The position numbers and the translations under genes are program-made. From positions 1 to 26,944 of the IMG/VR virus record IMGVR_UViG_3300048849_000085: a stretch of DNA of 26,944 bases; one strand, 5' to 3'. The first letter of the stretch is position 1. The number at the start of each line of letters is the position of its first letter. Under the pieces are notes generated by a model. That model searched no databases. It had not been told where the DNA came from and saw only the letters and a list, made by a program, of their open reading frames with translations. Positions 16,163 to 24,917 of this stretch are shown here, one piece after another. The DNA is from a virus. Its lineage: Duplodnaviria > Caudoviricetes.

Positions 16163-16564
16163 ATGGACATTTCAAAGCTCGTCAATTCGGAAGACCTGTT
16201 CACGCTCAACCTCACTGCGCCGGAAAGCGACGAGCCTTTGGGCATTCGCTTTATGATCCGGTCTGTCGAGAGCGATGCCGTGAAGCGCGTCTCCCGCCAG
16301 CACGCGGACAAATTCCTGTCCAGCCCGAAGAAGAAGCTGACGTCTTCCAAGCTCGAGGCGGAATTTCTCGACAAGGCTGCTGCAGCCATCGCATCATGGG
16401 ATTGGGGCGACCACTCGTGGAAGGACGAAAAACCTGAACTAACCTTCGAAAAAGCTCGCGAGGTTGTCGAAGAAGCTCCGTTTATTTATGATCAGGTTAC
16501 CCGGGCGAGTGAGGACCGAGCAAATTTTACCAAGAGCTTGGGCAAGCCCTTGCCGAAGCCGTAG
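16163..16564 (+). CDS. Tail assembly chaperone (gpG-like)
   Basis: Follows the tail tube gene; slippery A AAT TTT at 16522-16528. Confidence 0.75.
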   Translation: MDISKLVNSEDLFTLNLTAPESDEPLGIRFMIRSVESDAVKRVSRQHADKFLSSPKKKLTSSKLEAEFLDKAAAAIASWDWGDHSWKDEKPELTFEKAREVVEEAPFIYDQVTRASEDRANFTKSLGKPLPKP

Positions 16565-16896
16565 CGATCGCTGCACGCTACGACAGCATCAAGGACAAAG
16601 AAGGGGAAACCCGTCGGGAGCGGAACGAAGCCTTCGAGATCCCAAGCCCGGAGGCAGATGTTCCCGATCATGGTATCCACCTTTGGGATTGGTTCTGGGA
16701 GCTCCGGCAAGGGCAGGGGGCTGGCTTCAGCGGCGCAAATCCTGTCTCAAACGCAGAATTGTTGGCTTGGCTCCATGTGACAGGCAACATCCTCCGGCGT
16801 GAAGAGGTGGCAATCTTGCGAGTGATGGACGGCCGGTACGTGTCCGAGATCGACAAGGAGGCGGAGGCTATCAGGGAACGGGATTCCGAGCGTTAG
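16528..16896 (+). CDS. gpT-like extension reached by -1 frameshift
   Basis: Open -1 frame YQELGQALAEAV...LWDWFWEL...ERDSER*, without its own start near the 5' end. Confidence 0.7.
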   Translation, partial: YQELGQALAEAVAIAARYDSIKDKEGETRRERNEAFEIPSPEADVPDHGIHLWDWFWELRQGQGAGFSGANPVSNAELLAWLHVTGNILRREEVAILRVMDGRYVSEIDKEAEAIRERDSER

Positions 16897-16934
16897 CAGG
16901 GGACGCTTACGCAATGTGTAGGAGGGGGGCAGGC

Positions 16935-16963
16935 AAAGAAAAACCCGAGGGGTTGCCTCGGGT
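16935..16963 (-). terminator. Intrinsic terminator downstream of higA
   Basis: ACCCGAGG/CCTCGGGT stem followed by a T-rich run on the minus strand. Confidence 0.75.
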
Positions 16964-16968
16964 CATCT

Positions 16969-17274
16969 TCACGCTGAGAGGGCGTATTTGTGTATGTTGC
17001 CGAGCTCCTGCTCGATCGCTGGCGCCTGTGTCTTCAGATCATAGCTTGTTTGCAGGTTCATCCAGAACTCAGGAGATGTCTGAAAGAACTTAGCCAAGCG
17101 CAAAGCCGTATCTGTGGTAATGCCAGTCTGCTCTGCAACCACCCGCTCGATACGAGTACGAGGAACACCAAGCGCTTTCGCCAGTGCGCCTGCGCTCATG
17201 CCCAGAGGGATAAGGTATTCCTCTTTGAGAATTTCCCCAGGATGCACCGGGGGAAGGATAGAACTGAGTGCCAT
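16969..17274 (-). CDS. higA: HigA antitoxin (Xre HTH)
   Basis: 'PVHPGEILKEEYL', 'TALRLAKFF.TSPEFWMNLQ..YDL'. Confidence 0.95.
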   Translation of the reverse strand: MALSSILPPVHPGEILKEEYLIPLGMSAGALAKALGVPRTRIERVVAEQTGITTDTALRLAKFFQTSPEFWMNLQTSYDLKTQAPAIEQELGNIHKYALSA

Positions 17275-17307
17275 GTGAACCTCCTTGTTCCTTAGGCGCA
17301 GGATCAG

Positions 17308-17589
17308 TCAGTGGTAGTCTACGATTTCAACGTTGTCGGCACCGCCGTCTTTCCAGACAAAGCAGATGCGCCATTGGTCATTGATGCGGATCGAGTGTTG
17401 CCCAGCGCGGTCACCTTTCAGGGCTTCTAGACGGTTCCCGGGAGGGGAGCGAAGGTCGTCCAGCACGTGAGCAGCTTCGATCATGGTGAGCTTACGAACC
17501 GCTACCTTGACGATGTCTGTCGGAAAACCTTTAGGAGCTTTGCCGCTCGCTACGGTCTCCGTCATGGCATCTTTATAAGAACGGATCAT
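17308..17589 (-). CDS. higB: HigB toxin (RelE family)
   Basis: 'DLRSPPGNRLEALKGDRAGQHSIRINDQWRICFVW...VEIVDYH'; toxin precedes antitoxin. Confidence 0.95.
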   Translation of the reverse strand: MIRSYKDAMTETVASGKAPKGFPTDIVKVAVRKLTMIEAAHVLDDLRSPPGNRLEALKGDRAGQHSIRINDQWRICFVWKDGGADNVEIVDYH

Positions 17590-17607
17590 CGCTTGCTCCC
17601 GATTTCT

Positions 17608-17664
17608 CTATCATAGAGTGATACGCGTCGGGGTCAAGAGAAATGTATCACCGACAGATACATT
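17608..17664 (-). promoter_or_regulatory. higBA promoter with two palindromic operators
   Basis: TTGACC-N16-TATGAT on the minus strand; CTATC-N7-GATAC (17608-17624) and AATGTATC-N7-GATACATT (17642-17664). Confidence 0.65.
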
Positions 17665-17818
17665 CACTGGAAGCAGAAGTAGTTCAATTTCCCGCTCAGA
17701 TGCCGAACCCGTCATGACCGCCGACAGGTTTGTCATCTTTCAGATAACCGTGGCCGATAAGCCAGTCCTTGAGGATGCGGCCAGTCAAGGTTGTTGCGTT
17801 AAGGAATGGCAGGCAATC

Positions 17819-17847
17819 GAGGCTCCCCTTCGGGGAGCCTCTTCTTT
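17819..17847 (+). terminator. Intrinsic terminator
   Basis: GAGGCTCCCC-TTC-GGGGAGCCTC then TTCTTT. Confidence 0.7.
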
Positions 17848-17852
17848 AGGAG

Positions 17853-18062
17853 ATGAGTATGGATGATTTTCATCGGGCGCTTGGTATGGCCGTGGCCCTG
17901 ATCACGCACAAACACGGCGAATCTATTAGGGATGAGGCCAACATCGCCACGTCTCAGATCAAGAACTTCGTTGAGATCGACGATGCGACCTTTGCGGAAG
18001 TCCGCACTCACGCGGCCGGTAATCTGAAGCCCGCGGGCAGCTTGACGTCGGATTCAGAGTAG
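17853..18062 (+). CDS. Small hypothetical protein
   Basis: AGGAG RBS before MSMDDF; overlaps the 3' end of the opposite-strand gene. Confidence 0.5.
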   Translation: MSMDDFHRALGMAVALITHKHGESIRDEANIATSQIKNFVEIDDATFAEVRTHAAGNLKPAGSLTSDSE

Positions 18063-18442
18063 ATGCCCTCGCACTTGGGGCAAAGGTCGTGACCGCCGAT
18101 TCCTTCGGAAATCATGATCTGCTGACCATTAGCCAGGCAGGCAGGGCAAAAGGCTCTCGGTAGAGGGATCCCGTCATCTCCGATGCCGAATTTGTATCCG
18201 TTCCGCATGAAGGTTTTGAGTTTGCCCTCGTTAACTTCCTTAAGATGCGCGATCTCGGCGTCCTTCGCCTTTAGCTCGGTCTGAGCATCAGCTAGAGCGA
18301 TTTTGACGTCGGCAAGCATTCCGTAGAGATCAGCAAGTTTCAACTTGGCCTCGGCGCCCTTCAAGTCGGCATCGATCTCGCGCAGCTTCTTCACGAGATC
18401 CAACGCTTGGCTTGCGGCGGATATCCCCGATATTAGATCCAT
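18008..18442 (-). CDS. Moron: coiled-coil plus zinc-ribbon protein
   Basis: AGGAGG RBS; heptad-rich N-half; CPAC...CPKC. Confidence 0.8.
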   Translation of the reverse strand: MDLISGISAASQALDLVKKLREIDADLKGAEAKLKLADLYGMLADVKIALADAQTELKAKDAEIAHLKEVNEGKLKTFMRNGYKFGIGDDGIPLPRAFCPACLANGQQIMISEGIGGHDLCPKCEGIYSESDVKLPAGFRLPAA

Positions 18443-18518
18443 GTTCCCCTCCTAAGCTTGGCGCTCAGAAGGAAGCACGGAGGCAACCGGGAGTCGAGTC
18501 AGAGTTCGGCGTCCGCTT

Positions 18519-18872
18519 TTACTTGCCTAGGTCATCCTTGATGGCCTTTGCGACGTCGCCGCACATTTTCTCATTGAAAAGGCTGAACGAGCTAGTCTCC
18601 TTTTCCTGAGGTCTGTCGCGAATAGTTTTGGCAATTTCGGCAGCCCTTGCTTCCGGGTCCGGTACTTTTGCTTTGGCGAGTACCCGAGCGAAGGCGTTGC
18701 GCGCTTCAATAAACATCTCGGGGCGATCTAGTCGCTTGTCGCACCCGTCAGCGAAGGCCAGTCGCATCGCTGACTTTTGGAAAGCGTCTTTCATATCTGG
18801 CGGCACATTGATTACTTGTGCCCATGAGGCTGTCGCGAAGAACAAAAAGGTGGTCAGCAACAGACCTCTCAT
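18519..18872 (-). CDS. Moron: exported protein
   Basis: Signal peptide MRGLLLTTFLFFATASWA; two Cys; ATGA-coupled. Confidence 0.75.
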   Translation of the reverse strand: MRGLLLTTFLFFATASWAQVINVPPDMKDAFQKSAMRLAFADGCDKRLDRPEMFIEARNAFARVLAKAKVPDPEARAAEIAKTIRDRPQEKETSSFSLFNEKMCGDVAKAIKDDLGK

Positions 18873-19264
18873 TGGAATTGCTCCTTCGAGCCGTCTTCGT
18901 AAAGCACTGCCGAAACACACATGGTAGCCTTAACGTCCTGTTTTCTCACCTTTACTAGGCGAGCAGCGCTCCAGCTGCCTTTTTCTTCAAACGCGCCTTT
19001 TGCGGGAATAACGACGTCGGGGTCAATGGCAAGACTGGCGATATTTTCCCCGAAAGGATCAGTGAAGACGGCTGATGCCTTCACCATTCGGATCTGCTTG
19101 TTGGTATTGTTTTGAAGATTGAGGCTTACTCGAACGTTGTTGTATTCGCCGGTCGCAGCTGACCAGTCTTTCAAGATCAGGATATCTGATCGGCGGGCGC
19201 CGCATTCGTCGGCCGCCGCGCTTCCGGCAATCAGCAGCGCCCCTACTAAGATTAACATTCGCAT
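18869..19264 (-). CDS. Moron: exported beta-rich protein
   Basis: AAGGAGG RBS; signal peptide MRMLILVGALLIAGSAAA; two Cys. Confidence 0.8.
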   Translation of the reverse strand: MRMLILVGALLIAGSAAADECGARRSDILILKDWSAATGEYNNVRVSLNLQNNTNKQIRMVKASAVFTDPFGENIASLAIDPDVVIPAKGAFEEKGSWSAARLVKVRKQDVKATMCVSAVLYEDGSKEQFQ

Positions 19265-19324
19265 GAATCGTTCCTCCTTGTTTAAATCCGGGACGATGGC
19301 TGCGTTTCGCCGAAAGGTAAAGCC

Positions 19325-19771
19325 ATGGCAGATGTTGCGGAACTTGGAATCAAGGTTCGAACCGAAGGCGCAGCTAAAGCGACAACCGAACTGACGACGC
19401 TTTCCGGCGCGGCCGCGCGGGCGGAAGCTGCGACTGAAGGTCTTACTGGTGCAAGTCGCGGGGCATCTGGAGCTGCAGTTGCGGCTGCGCAGGCCTACGC
19501 GCGTCAAGGAACATCAGCAGCCTCGGCATCAAAGCAGATCGATCTGGTAAACAAAGCAGCCAACAACAACACGATGCAGATGCGCATGGCCGCAATGCAG
19601 CTCAGTCAAGTCGCCCAGCAGACCATGGCGACCGGCAATTTCATGCAGGCGCTGGCGATCCAGTTGCCAGACCTAGCCTTAGGGTTCGGCACCGTCGGCA
19701 TCGCGATCGGGATCGTTCTGGGTATCATTCTTCCGCTGATACCTGCGGCTATCCATGGCGAGCATTCGTGA
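19325..19771 (+). pseudogene. 3'-truncated tail tape measure protein
   Basis: 'MADVAELGIKV', Ala-rich, 'QLSQVAQQ...QALAIQLPD' N-terminal TMP pattern, but only 148 aa. Confidence 0.8.
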
Positions 19772-22079
19772 GCTCGGTCGCAAGGCCTGGCGCAAATGGC
19801 GGCTGGACGGCGTTACGTCCTCTGGGCCCAACATGCCCGACACGGTCGACATTTTCCCATTTGTTGATGCGGTGCATGACATAATCGAGGAAGTTAAGGG
19901 ACAAGTTGCAGGGCAAAGGCTTGCGCGGCCTCTTGTATCTTCCTTGGCTGCCGAACTCGGGCGCCCTGCCGAAACCGTCATTGAGGTTTACGGCGACACT
20001 GAAGAAAACAATGGCGTCTACAGGAAGGTTGGGGCACCCGGGACCGGCAGCTACGTGAAGGATGGCCCACTTCCGCAGTTGAACGTCTCCAACCTGACGG
20101 CAAGGATCGACCAGAGGCTCTTGCCCCTGCGCGAGCTTGTGGTCGAGGGAACCAAACTCCTCATCCCGTCAATGTACTACTGGATGAAGGGGAACCCGCA
20201 AATAGCATCTCCCCTCGATGGGTCGCTGTATTGGGAAGTCGACATCCAGACAGCTGCAGCGCAGGTGCGTTGGTATTACTGGAGCAATTCGCTTGCTGCT
20301 GGCGGGGGCAATCCTATCGTTGTCGTGGAAGAGGGCAACAATCCGCAGGTTTCGTCCGCCGGACTCGTCCTGATCGGTCACTCGATCAACGGGCAGGTGA
20401 CGACGGATCTGCCGATCGTCGGGGGTGTAGCTGGTGGGGTTGCGCGCAATCAGTGGCTGGAAGGAAAATTTCCCGAGGCGGTTGAGTGGCTTTACGCCAA
20501 TGCGCAGATAAAGTCGGCCAGTCCGGCCATGCAGGCTCTCGGCTTCAAAAAAGTTTTCGCTGACGCCAACGCGGCGGATATTTTTGCTGGGCTGGCCCTT
20601 GATGAGCTTACCGCTGGCGGCGAGCCGCTTTTCCATCGGATCTGCATCTACCAACCTGTCCCCGCCGCAATGACACCTGCGGCAAACCTTTTCATGGGGG
20701 ATATTTTCAAGCAGACGCTGGTCTTAAAGAAGGAAAAGCAGATCAACGCAAACGTCTCCCTCTGGCAACTGCGTGATCGCGTCAATCCGGGTATCGTTGC
20801 CGACCGGATTAACTTCGGTGTCGATCAAGGATCGGCCCGAAACTGGGAAGTGGCCGGCGGTCAGTTTGCCATCGGAAAAGGCTATATCGGATGGATTGCA
20901 CGGGATGACTTCCCCCCGCTAAGCCCTGTCTCCTATCGCCCCGTGCTAGGCCCCAGCCTCTGGATGTTAAGCGGCCGTGAGTTCACAATCTACCCCCAAA
21001 ATCTCATCGGGTTCCGCAAGGACAAAGAGGACACTGTTCTAGCTGGTTTTCGGTCCGTAAATCCTGATGCGCAAGGCGACCTTCATTCGAGGAAGGGGTC
21101 GGTCGAACTTGTTATCGACCCGGATAAGTGCGGGCCTAAAGGCACCTTTGAGGTGCGCATTCTGGGGGGCCGTAAAGACATCCGCTATGCGGTCCCAACG
21201 AATAACTTTGTCGCCACTCCCTTCGAAGAAGTTGTTGATCTCACTTTGCTTGGCCTTGGCGACAGCATGCATAATCGAGGGCTAGAGGTTGATGTTGATC
21301 CGATTTTACGGGCTTACAACATCAATCCGACCTGGCTGGGTACTATGCTCGGCGCGTTGGATGATAGCGACCCCTACAATGACATCAGAGGGTTGCCTGG
21401 GGAGGCCCGCGAAGGCTTCGAGGCTGCGGACTACACTGGACGCTACACGGATAAAGCGAACTCCGTTGCGAACTGGCCAGCTTACATGGCGGCATCAAAG
21501 CTGTCTAAAAGGCAGAGCATGCCCTTTTATCGGGATGCAGAGCCTGGCGATGACCCTGCAAAGGTCATCAATGGCAAAAAGGTCGACATCCGCAACTACC
21601 TGACGAAGACAGGTCAAGGCGACCCACAAATCATCTTCATCGGCCTGATGACAAACGACGAAGCTTTGCGCCCGGTGGAAACTGCGGCCAATAACGTTGC
21701 AGAGCTGATCAAAATCTACGGCGAAGACGCCCGTGCGGCCCTTCCTAATGTGCGTGTAACGTGGTGGGCACCGCCGCAGTCACAGACGAACCTCGCTTAT
21801 AAACACGGTGATCATTACCAGATCATCCAAGCTGCCGAAGAAGCGATACGTGATCTCGATGATCCCTATTTCGAGCCTCTACCTATATGGGCGAGCACGT
21901 GCGCGGACTTCGGTTACAAGCTTGATCCCGCCGCCCAGGTCGACGTCAATTACGCCATCCGCGCGCGTATTGCAGACGGCACGCATTGGCCCAACGGCGA
22001 CTTCTCTCCTCTTCGCAAACAGGCTGCAAAGGTTCTTGCGGCCTACATCATTTGCAAGGCCAAGGAGATATTGTCATGA
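19755..22079 (+). CDS. Tail spike/fibre-like protein with C-terminal SGNH/GDSL hydrolase domain
   Basis: LGDS (block I), IGLMTND (block III-like), DGTH (block V); position before lysis. Confidence 0.7.
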   Translation: MASIRELGRKAWRKWRLDGVTSSGPNMPDTVDIFPFVDAVHDIIEEVKGQVAGQRLARPLVSSLAAELGRPAETVIEVYGDTEENNGVYRKVGAPGTGSYVKDGPLPQLNVSNLTARIDQRLLPLRELVVEGTKLLIPSMYYWMKGNPQIASPLDGSLYWEVDIQTAAAQVRWYYWSNSLAAGGGNPIVVVEEGNNPQVSSAGLVLIGHSINGQVTTDLPIVGGVAGGVARNQWLEGKFPEAVEWLYANAQIKSASPAMQALGFKKVFADANAADIFAGLALDELTAGGEPLFHRICIYQPVPAAMTPAANLFMGDIFKQTLVLKKEKQINANVSLWQLRDRVNPGIVADRINFGVDQGSARNWEVAGGQFAIGKGYIGWIARDDFPPLSPVSYRPVLGPSLWMLSGREFTIYPQNLIGFRKDKEDTVLAGFRSVNPDAQGDLHSRKGSVELVIDPDKCGPKGTFEVRILGGRKDIRYAVPTNNFVATPFEEVVDLTLLGLGDSMHNRGLEVDVDPILRAYNINPTWLGTMLGALDDSDPYNDIRGLPGEAREGFEAADYTGRYTDKANSVANWPAYMAASKLSKRQSMPFYRDAEPGDDPAKVINGKKVDIRNYLTKTGQGDPQIIFIGLMTNDEALRPVETAANNVAELIKIYGEDARAALPNVRVTWWAPPQSQTNLAYKHGDHYQIIQAAEEAIRDLDDPYFEPLPIWASTCADFGYKLDPAAQVDVNYAIRARIADGTHWPNGDFSPLRKQAAKVLAAYIICKAKEILS

Positions 22080-22831
22080 ACCTAAGTTGGGCAACCGGTC
22101 TATCTAGGAAGCTTGCGCAGAAGCTTGATACCCGCGTCACCGCACTGGAGGCGGGGGTCTCCGCCGTAGACCTAGAGGCTATCGCGGCCCAGGTCGCTGT
22201 CGATCCGACGATATCAAGCGTTGCGACGACTGCGGGCACTGATGCGGCAAATCAGGCCATTTCGGCGCTGACTGCCGGAGCGCCGGCGATGATGAATACA
22301 TTTGATGAGATCGCCGCCGCCCTAGGAGATGACCCGAACGCGCTTGCTGCGCTCACAGCGGTCGTCAACGGCAAAGCGTCAGCAAGCCTCTTCACAATGG
22401 GGAGCTTTACGCCGTCCTTTACCCTCGCAACGCCTGGCACGTTGGCCGTCTCGTTCAATGGTGGCTATAGTAATGGGCAATATCTTCGGGTGCGGGACTA
22501 TGTGTTCTTCCTGATCACGATGGCCTTCACACCGACCTATGGAACTGGTTCGGGAGCGTTGCGCTTCACGCTTCCGTTCACGTCCAGCGCGGACCCAGTT
22601 ACAGGCATGGCCGTCCCGACTGCTCTCAATGGTGCTTTTACATGGCCTGTATCTGGGGACCCGGCAACGCCAGCGACCCAGATCGCAGGAAGTATAGGCC
22701 CCGGACAAAATTATCTCACGCTTCAGGCTTTGAAGAGTGCGGGAGGCGTAGTGACGCTGACCTCGTCGCATTTGGCGCAGGTGGGCGCAGCCATCAATAT
22801 CGCTGGCTTCTATAAGGCCGCCGCGGTTTGA
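22076..22831 (+). CDS. Tail fibre-related protein
   Basis: 'APAMMNTFDEIAAALGDDPN' fibre motif; beta-rich C-terminus; ATGA-coupled. Confidence 0.7.
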   Translation: MNLSWATGLSRKLAQKLDTRVTALEAGVSAVDLEAIAAQVAVDPTISSVATTAGTDAANQAISALTAGAPAMMNTFDEIAAALGDDPNALAALTAVVNGKASASLFTMGSFTPSFTLATPGTLAVSFNGGYSNGQYLRVRDYVFFLITMAFTPTYGTGSGALRFTLPFTSSADPVTGMAVPTALNGAFTWPVSGDPATPATQIAGSIGPGQNYLTLQALKSAGGVVTLTSSHLAQVGAAINIAGFYKAAAV

Positions 22832-22860
22832 ACTGAACAAAGCAAAAAGGAAGGAAGAAA

Positions 22861-23127
22861 ATGACCGAGATTACCGAGAACACAGTAAACCAGATCAGCA
22901 TCAAGCTAGCGCCGGAGGCATCCGAGCTGGACAAGATGATGCTCGCAAGCAGAGTAGCCGGAGCGTTCGCAACTATCGGTGTCTCGATTCTCTCTGTGGT
23001 GGCTACCGAAGAAGGGCTGATCGCGAAGGCGGAAAACGATCCTAATTCCGTCGCTGGTCTTCAGGAAGCTATTCTGAAGCTTCGAGAGGATAACAGCAAG
23101 ATCGCGTCGGTTGAGCTAAATAGCTGA
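22861..23127 (+). CDS. Hypothetical protein
   Basis: Purine-rich RBS, 88 aa. Confidence 0.65.
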   Translation: MTEITENTVNQISIKLAPEASELDKMMLASRVAGAFATIGVSILSVVATEEGLIAKAENDPNSVAGLQEAILKLREDNSKIASVELNS

Positions 23128-23354
23128 GAGGGTAGTTTTACGGCAGTAATATAGCGCAGGCTCACCTTTAGATGAGCTCTATCCTCATCGCAACACCGGG
23201 GGGAGGATTTGAACCTCCGTGCCTCCTGCCCAATGACTGATGGCAGGTCGATAATCACACTCTCTACCCCAGTGCTTGCGGTCATCGGCCTGTCAGAGCC
23301 TCAACCCGCACCGCTGCGCATCTCTTCATAACACTACCGACAAAGGGCATCAAC

Positions 23355-23383
23355 AATGAACACGACCGCGCAGGTTCTGCAGC
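23355..23383 (+). repeat. Duplicate of the endolysin 5' end (28/29 identical to 23661-23689)
   Basis: AATGAACACGACCG(C/T)GCAGGTTCTGCAGC at both sites. Confidence 0.9.
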
Positions 23384-23598
23384 TACGCGACCCGCCGAGA
23401 TTGAAGGTCGATCGTCCCGGTGACGGCTTCCAAGCATCTAAGGCCATCATAGGTCAGACGGTAAGGCTCTTCGGCAGTGCAAAGGCCAAGAGACACAAGT
23501 TCAAGAGCACAGATCACATGCTTGGAGCTTAGCCGTCGCGGTAGTTGGCCCGCGAGCATTTGTAGCGTCTCGATTTCGTCTGGAATCAATTCAGGCAT
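23383..23598 (-). CDS. Moron: small hypothetical protein (MPELIPDEIETL...)
   Basis: GGAGGT RBS; lies between the two repeats. Confidence 0.65.
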   Translation of the reverse strand: MPELIPDEIETLQMLAGQLPRRLSSKHVICALELVSLGLCTAEEPYRLTYDGLRCLEAVTGTIDLQSRRVA

Positions 23599-23661
23599 GT
23601 CACCTCCGCCCGCCGATCTAGGCGCCGCGGTGCATCTCGTCAATTAGCACCGGAGCATAAA

Positions 23662-24351
23662 ATGAACACGACCGTGCAGGTTCTGCAGCGGCGCTTAATC
23701 GCGCTTGGCTATGACATAGGCAAGGCTGGAGCCGATGGCATTCTTGGCCGTGCCACCACTGCCGCTATTGCCAAATTCCAGGCCGACCAGAAGCTCGATA
23801 TCCAGTATCCCGGCACTATTGGCCCAAAGACGCTGGCGGCGCTGGATCTCGACCAGGAGCAACCGCTTCTGACGCCGCCGTGGATCACGCTCGCGAAAAC
23901 GAAGATGGGCTTACACGAGGTCCGCAACAACGCGGAGCTGAAAGCCTTCCTCAAGAGCGACGGCCACGCCCTGGGCGACCCGGCAAAGCTGCCATGGTGC
24001 GGAGATCTCGTCGAAACCTGCATCGCCGTTTCGCTCCCCAAGGAACTGATGATCAGCAACCCATATTGGGCGCTGAACTGGCTGAAGTTCGGGCGCGAGG
24101 TGCCGATCGCTAAGCCGGTGATGGGCGCGATCGGCGTGAAGACCCGCGACGGTGGCGGGCATGTCTTCTTCGTGGTCGGCCACGACAAAACCTATGTCCA
24201 CGCTCTCGGCGGCAACCAGAGCAACAGCATCAGCATCGTGAAGATCGCCAAGAAGGACGTGAAGGGCCTGCGGTTCCCTACGGCCTATCCGATGCCCGAA
24301 CCCATGCCATTCAGCACCTTCACCGGCAAGCTTGCCGGATCCGAAGCCTGA
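23662..24351 (+). CDS. Endolysin: peptidoglycan-binding domain plus NlpC/P60-CHAP-like (TIGR02594-type) domain
   Basis: 'LQRRLIALGY...ADGILG..T..AI..FQ'; PWCG, GGGHVFFV, LGGNQSN. Confidence 0.9.
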   Translation: MNTTVQVLQRRLIALGYDIGKAGADGILGRATTAAIAKFQADQKLDIQYPGTIGPKTLAALDLDQEQPLLTPPWITLAKTKMGLHEVRNNAELKAFLKSDGHALGDPAKLPWCGDLVETCIAVSLPKELMISNPYWALNWLKFGREVPIAKPVMGAIGVKTRDGGGHVFFVVGHDKTYVHALGGNQSNSISIVKIAKKDVKGLRFPTAYPMPEPMPFSTFTGKLAGSEA

Positions 24352-24386
24352 TCAAACTCAACATCGAAACCATACGGAGAATTCCC

Positions 24387-24917
24387 ATGCCCAGGTACTC
24401 CCTGATCTGCGTGCTCGCCATAATAGCTGCTCTGCTGGTGCTTATGGTGCTGCCGGCTTATTCGCAGATCATCGACGCCGAACCCGTCATCGCGCCTTCG
24501 TCTATCTGGTTCGAGATCTGGACCGTCATTCAGCCCATCGTGGTCTTGCTTGTATCGACTGTCGGGCCGGTGCTCGTCACCTGGATTGCAGCTAGGATAA
24601 TCGCCGTTCTCAACGTTACCGACGAAAAGCGAAAGCTTGAGATCGAGGCGAAGCTTCGCGATGCCCTGCATCAATCTGCCATGAACGGGCTAAAGGTTGC
24701 TCTGGCGAAAACGGGGATGACGGCCGACGTCATCATGAAATCGCCATTCGCGGCTGGTGACCTGCTCTCCGTAGCCAGCGCCTATGTCTCGGAAAAGAAC
24801 CCCGACGCCCTCAAGAGGCTCGGTGTTTCCTCGGATGCTCTACGAGATATCATCCTGTCAAAGGTGACGGATCTGGCGCCAAAGAGCGCCCCATCACAAA
24901 CAGTGAGCGGTGGCTAA
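24387..24917 (+). CDS. Holin-like membrane protein
   Basis: Two hydrophobic segments, directly after the endolysin. Confidence 0.55.
   Translation: MPRYSLICVLAIIAALLVLMVLPAYSQIIDAEPVIAPSSIWFEIWTVIQPIVVLLVSTVGPVLVTWIAARIIAVLNVTDEKRKLEIEAKLRDALHQSAMNGLKVALAKTGMTADVIMKSPFAAGDLLSVASAYVSEKNPDALKRLGVSSDALRDIILSKVTDLAPKSAPSQTVSGG

Noticed and set aside
23061-23285. 74-aa minus-strand ORF
   Set aside because: No RBS, overlaps the 22861-23127 gene, no motif; cannot be supported
19755-23689. Diversity-generating retroelement or invertible fibre cassette
   Set aside because: No reverse transcriptase, invertase or TR/VR pair seen; the only repeat found is the endolysin start
10603-24917. Gene transfer agent or tailocin
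   Set aside because: No capsid or portal (needed for a GTA); no full TMP, baseplate or sheath (needed for a tailocin); integrase and att sites indicate prophage origin
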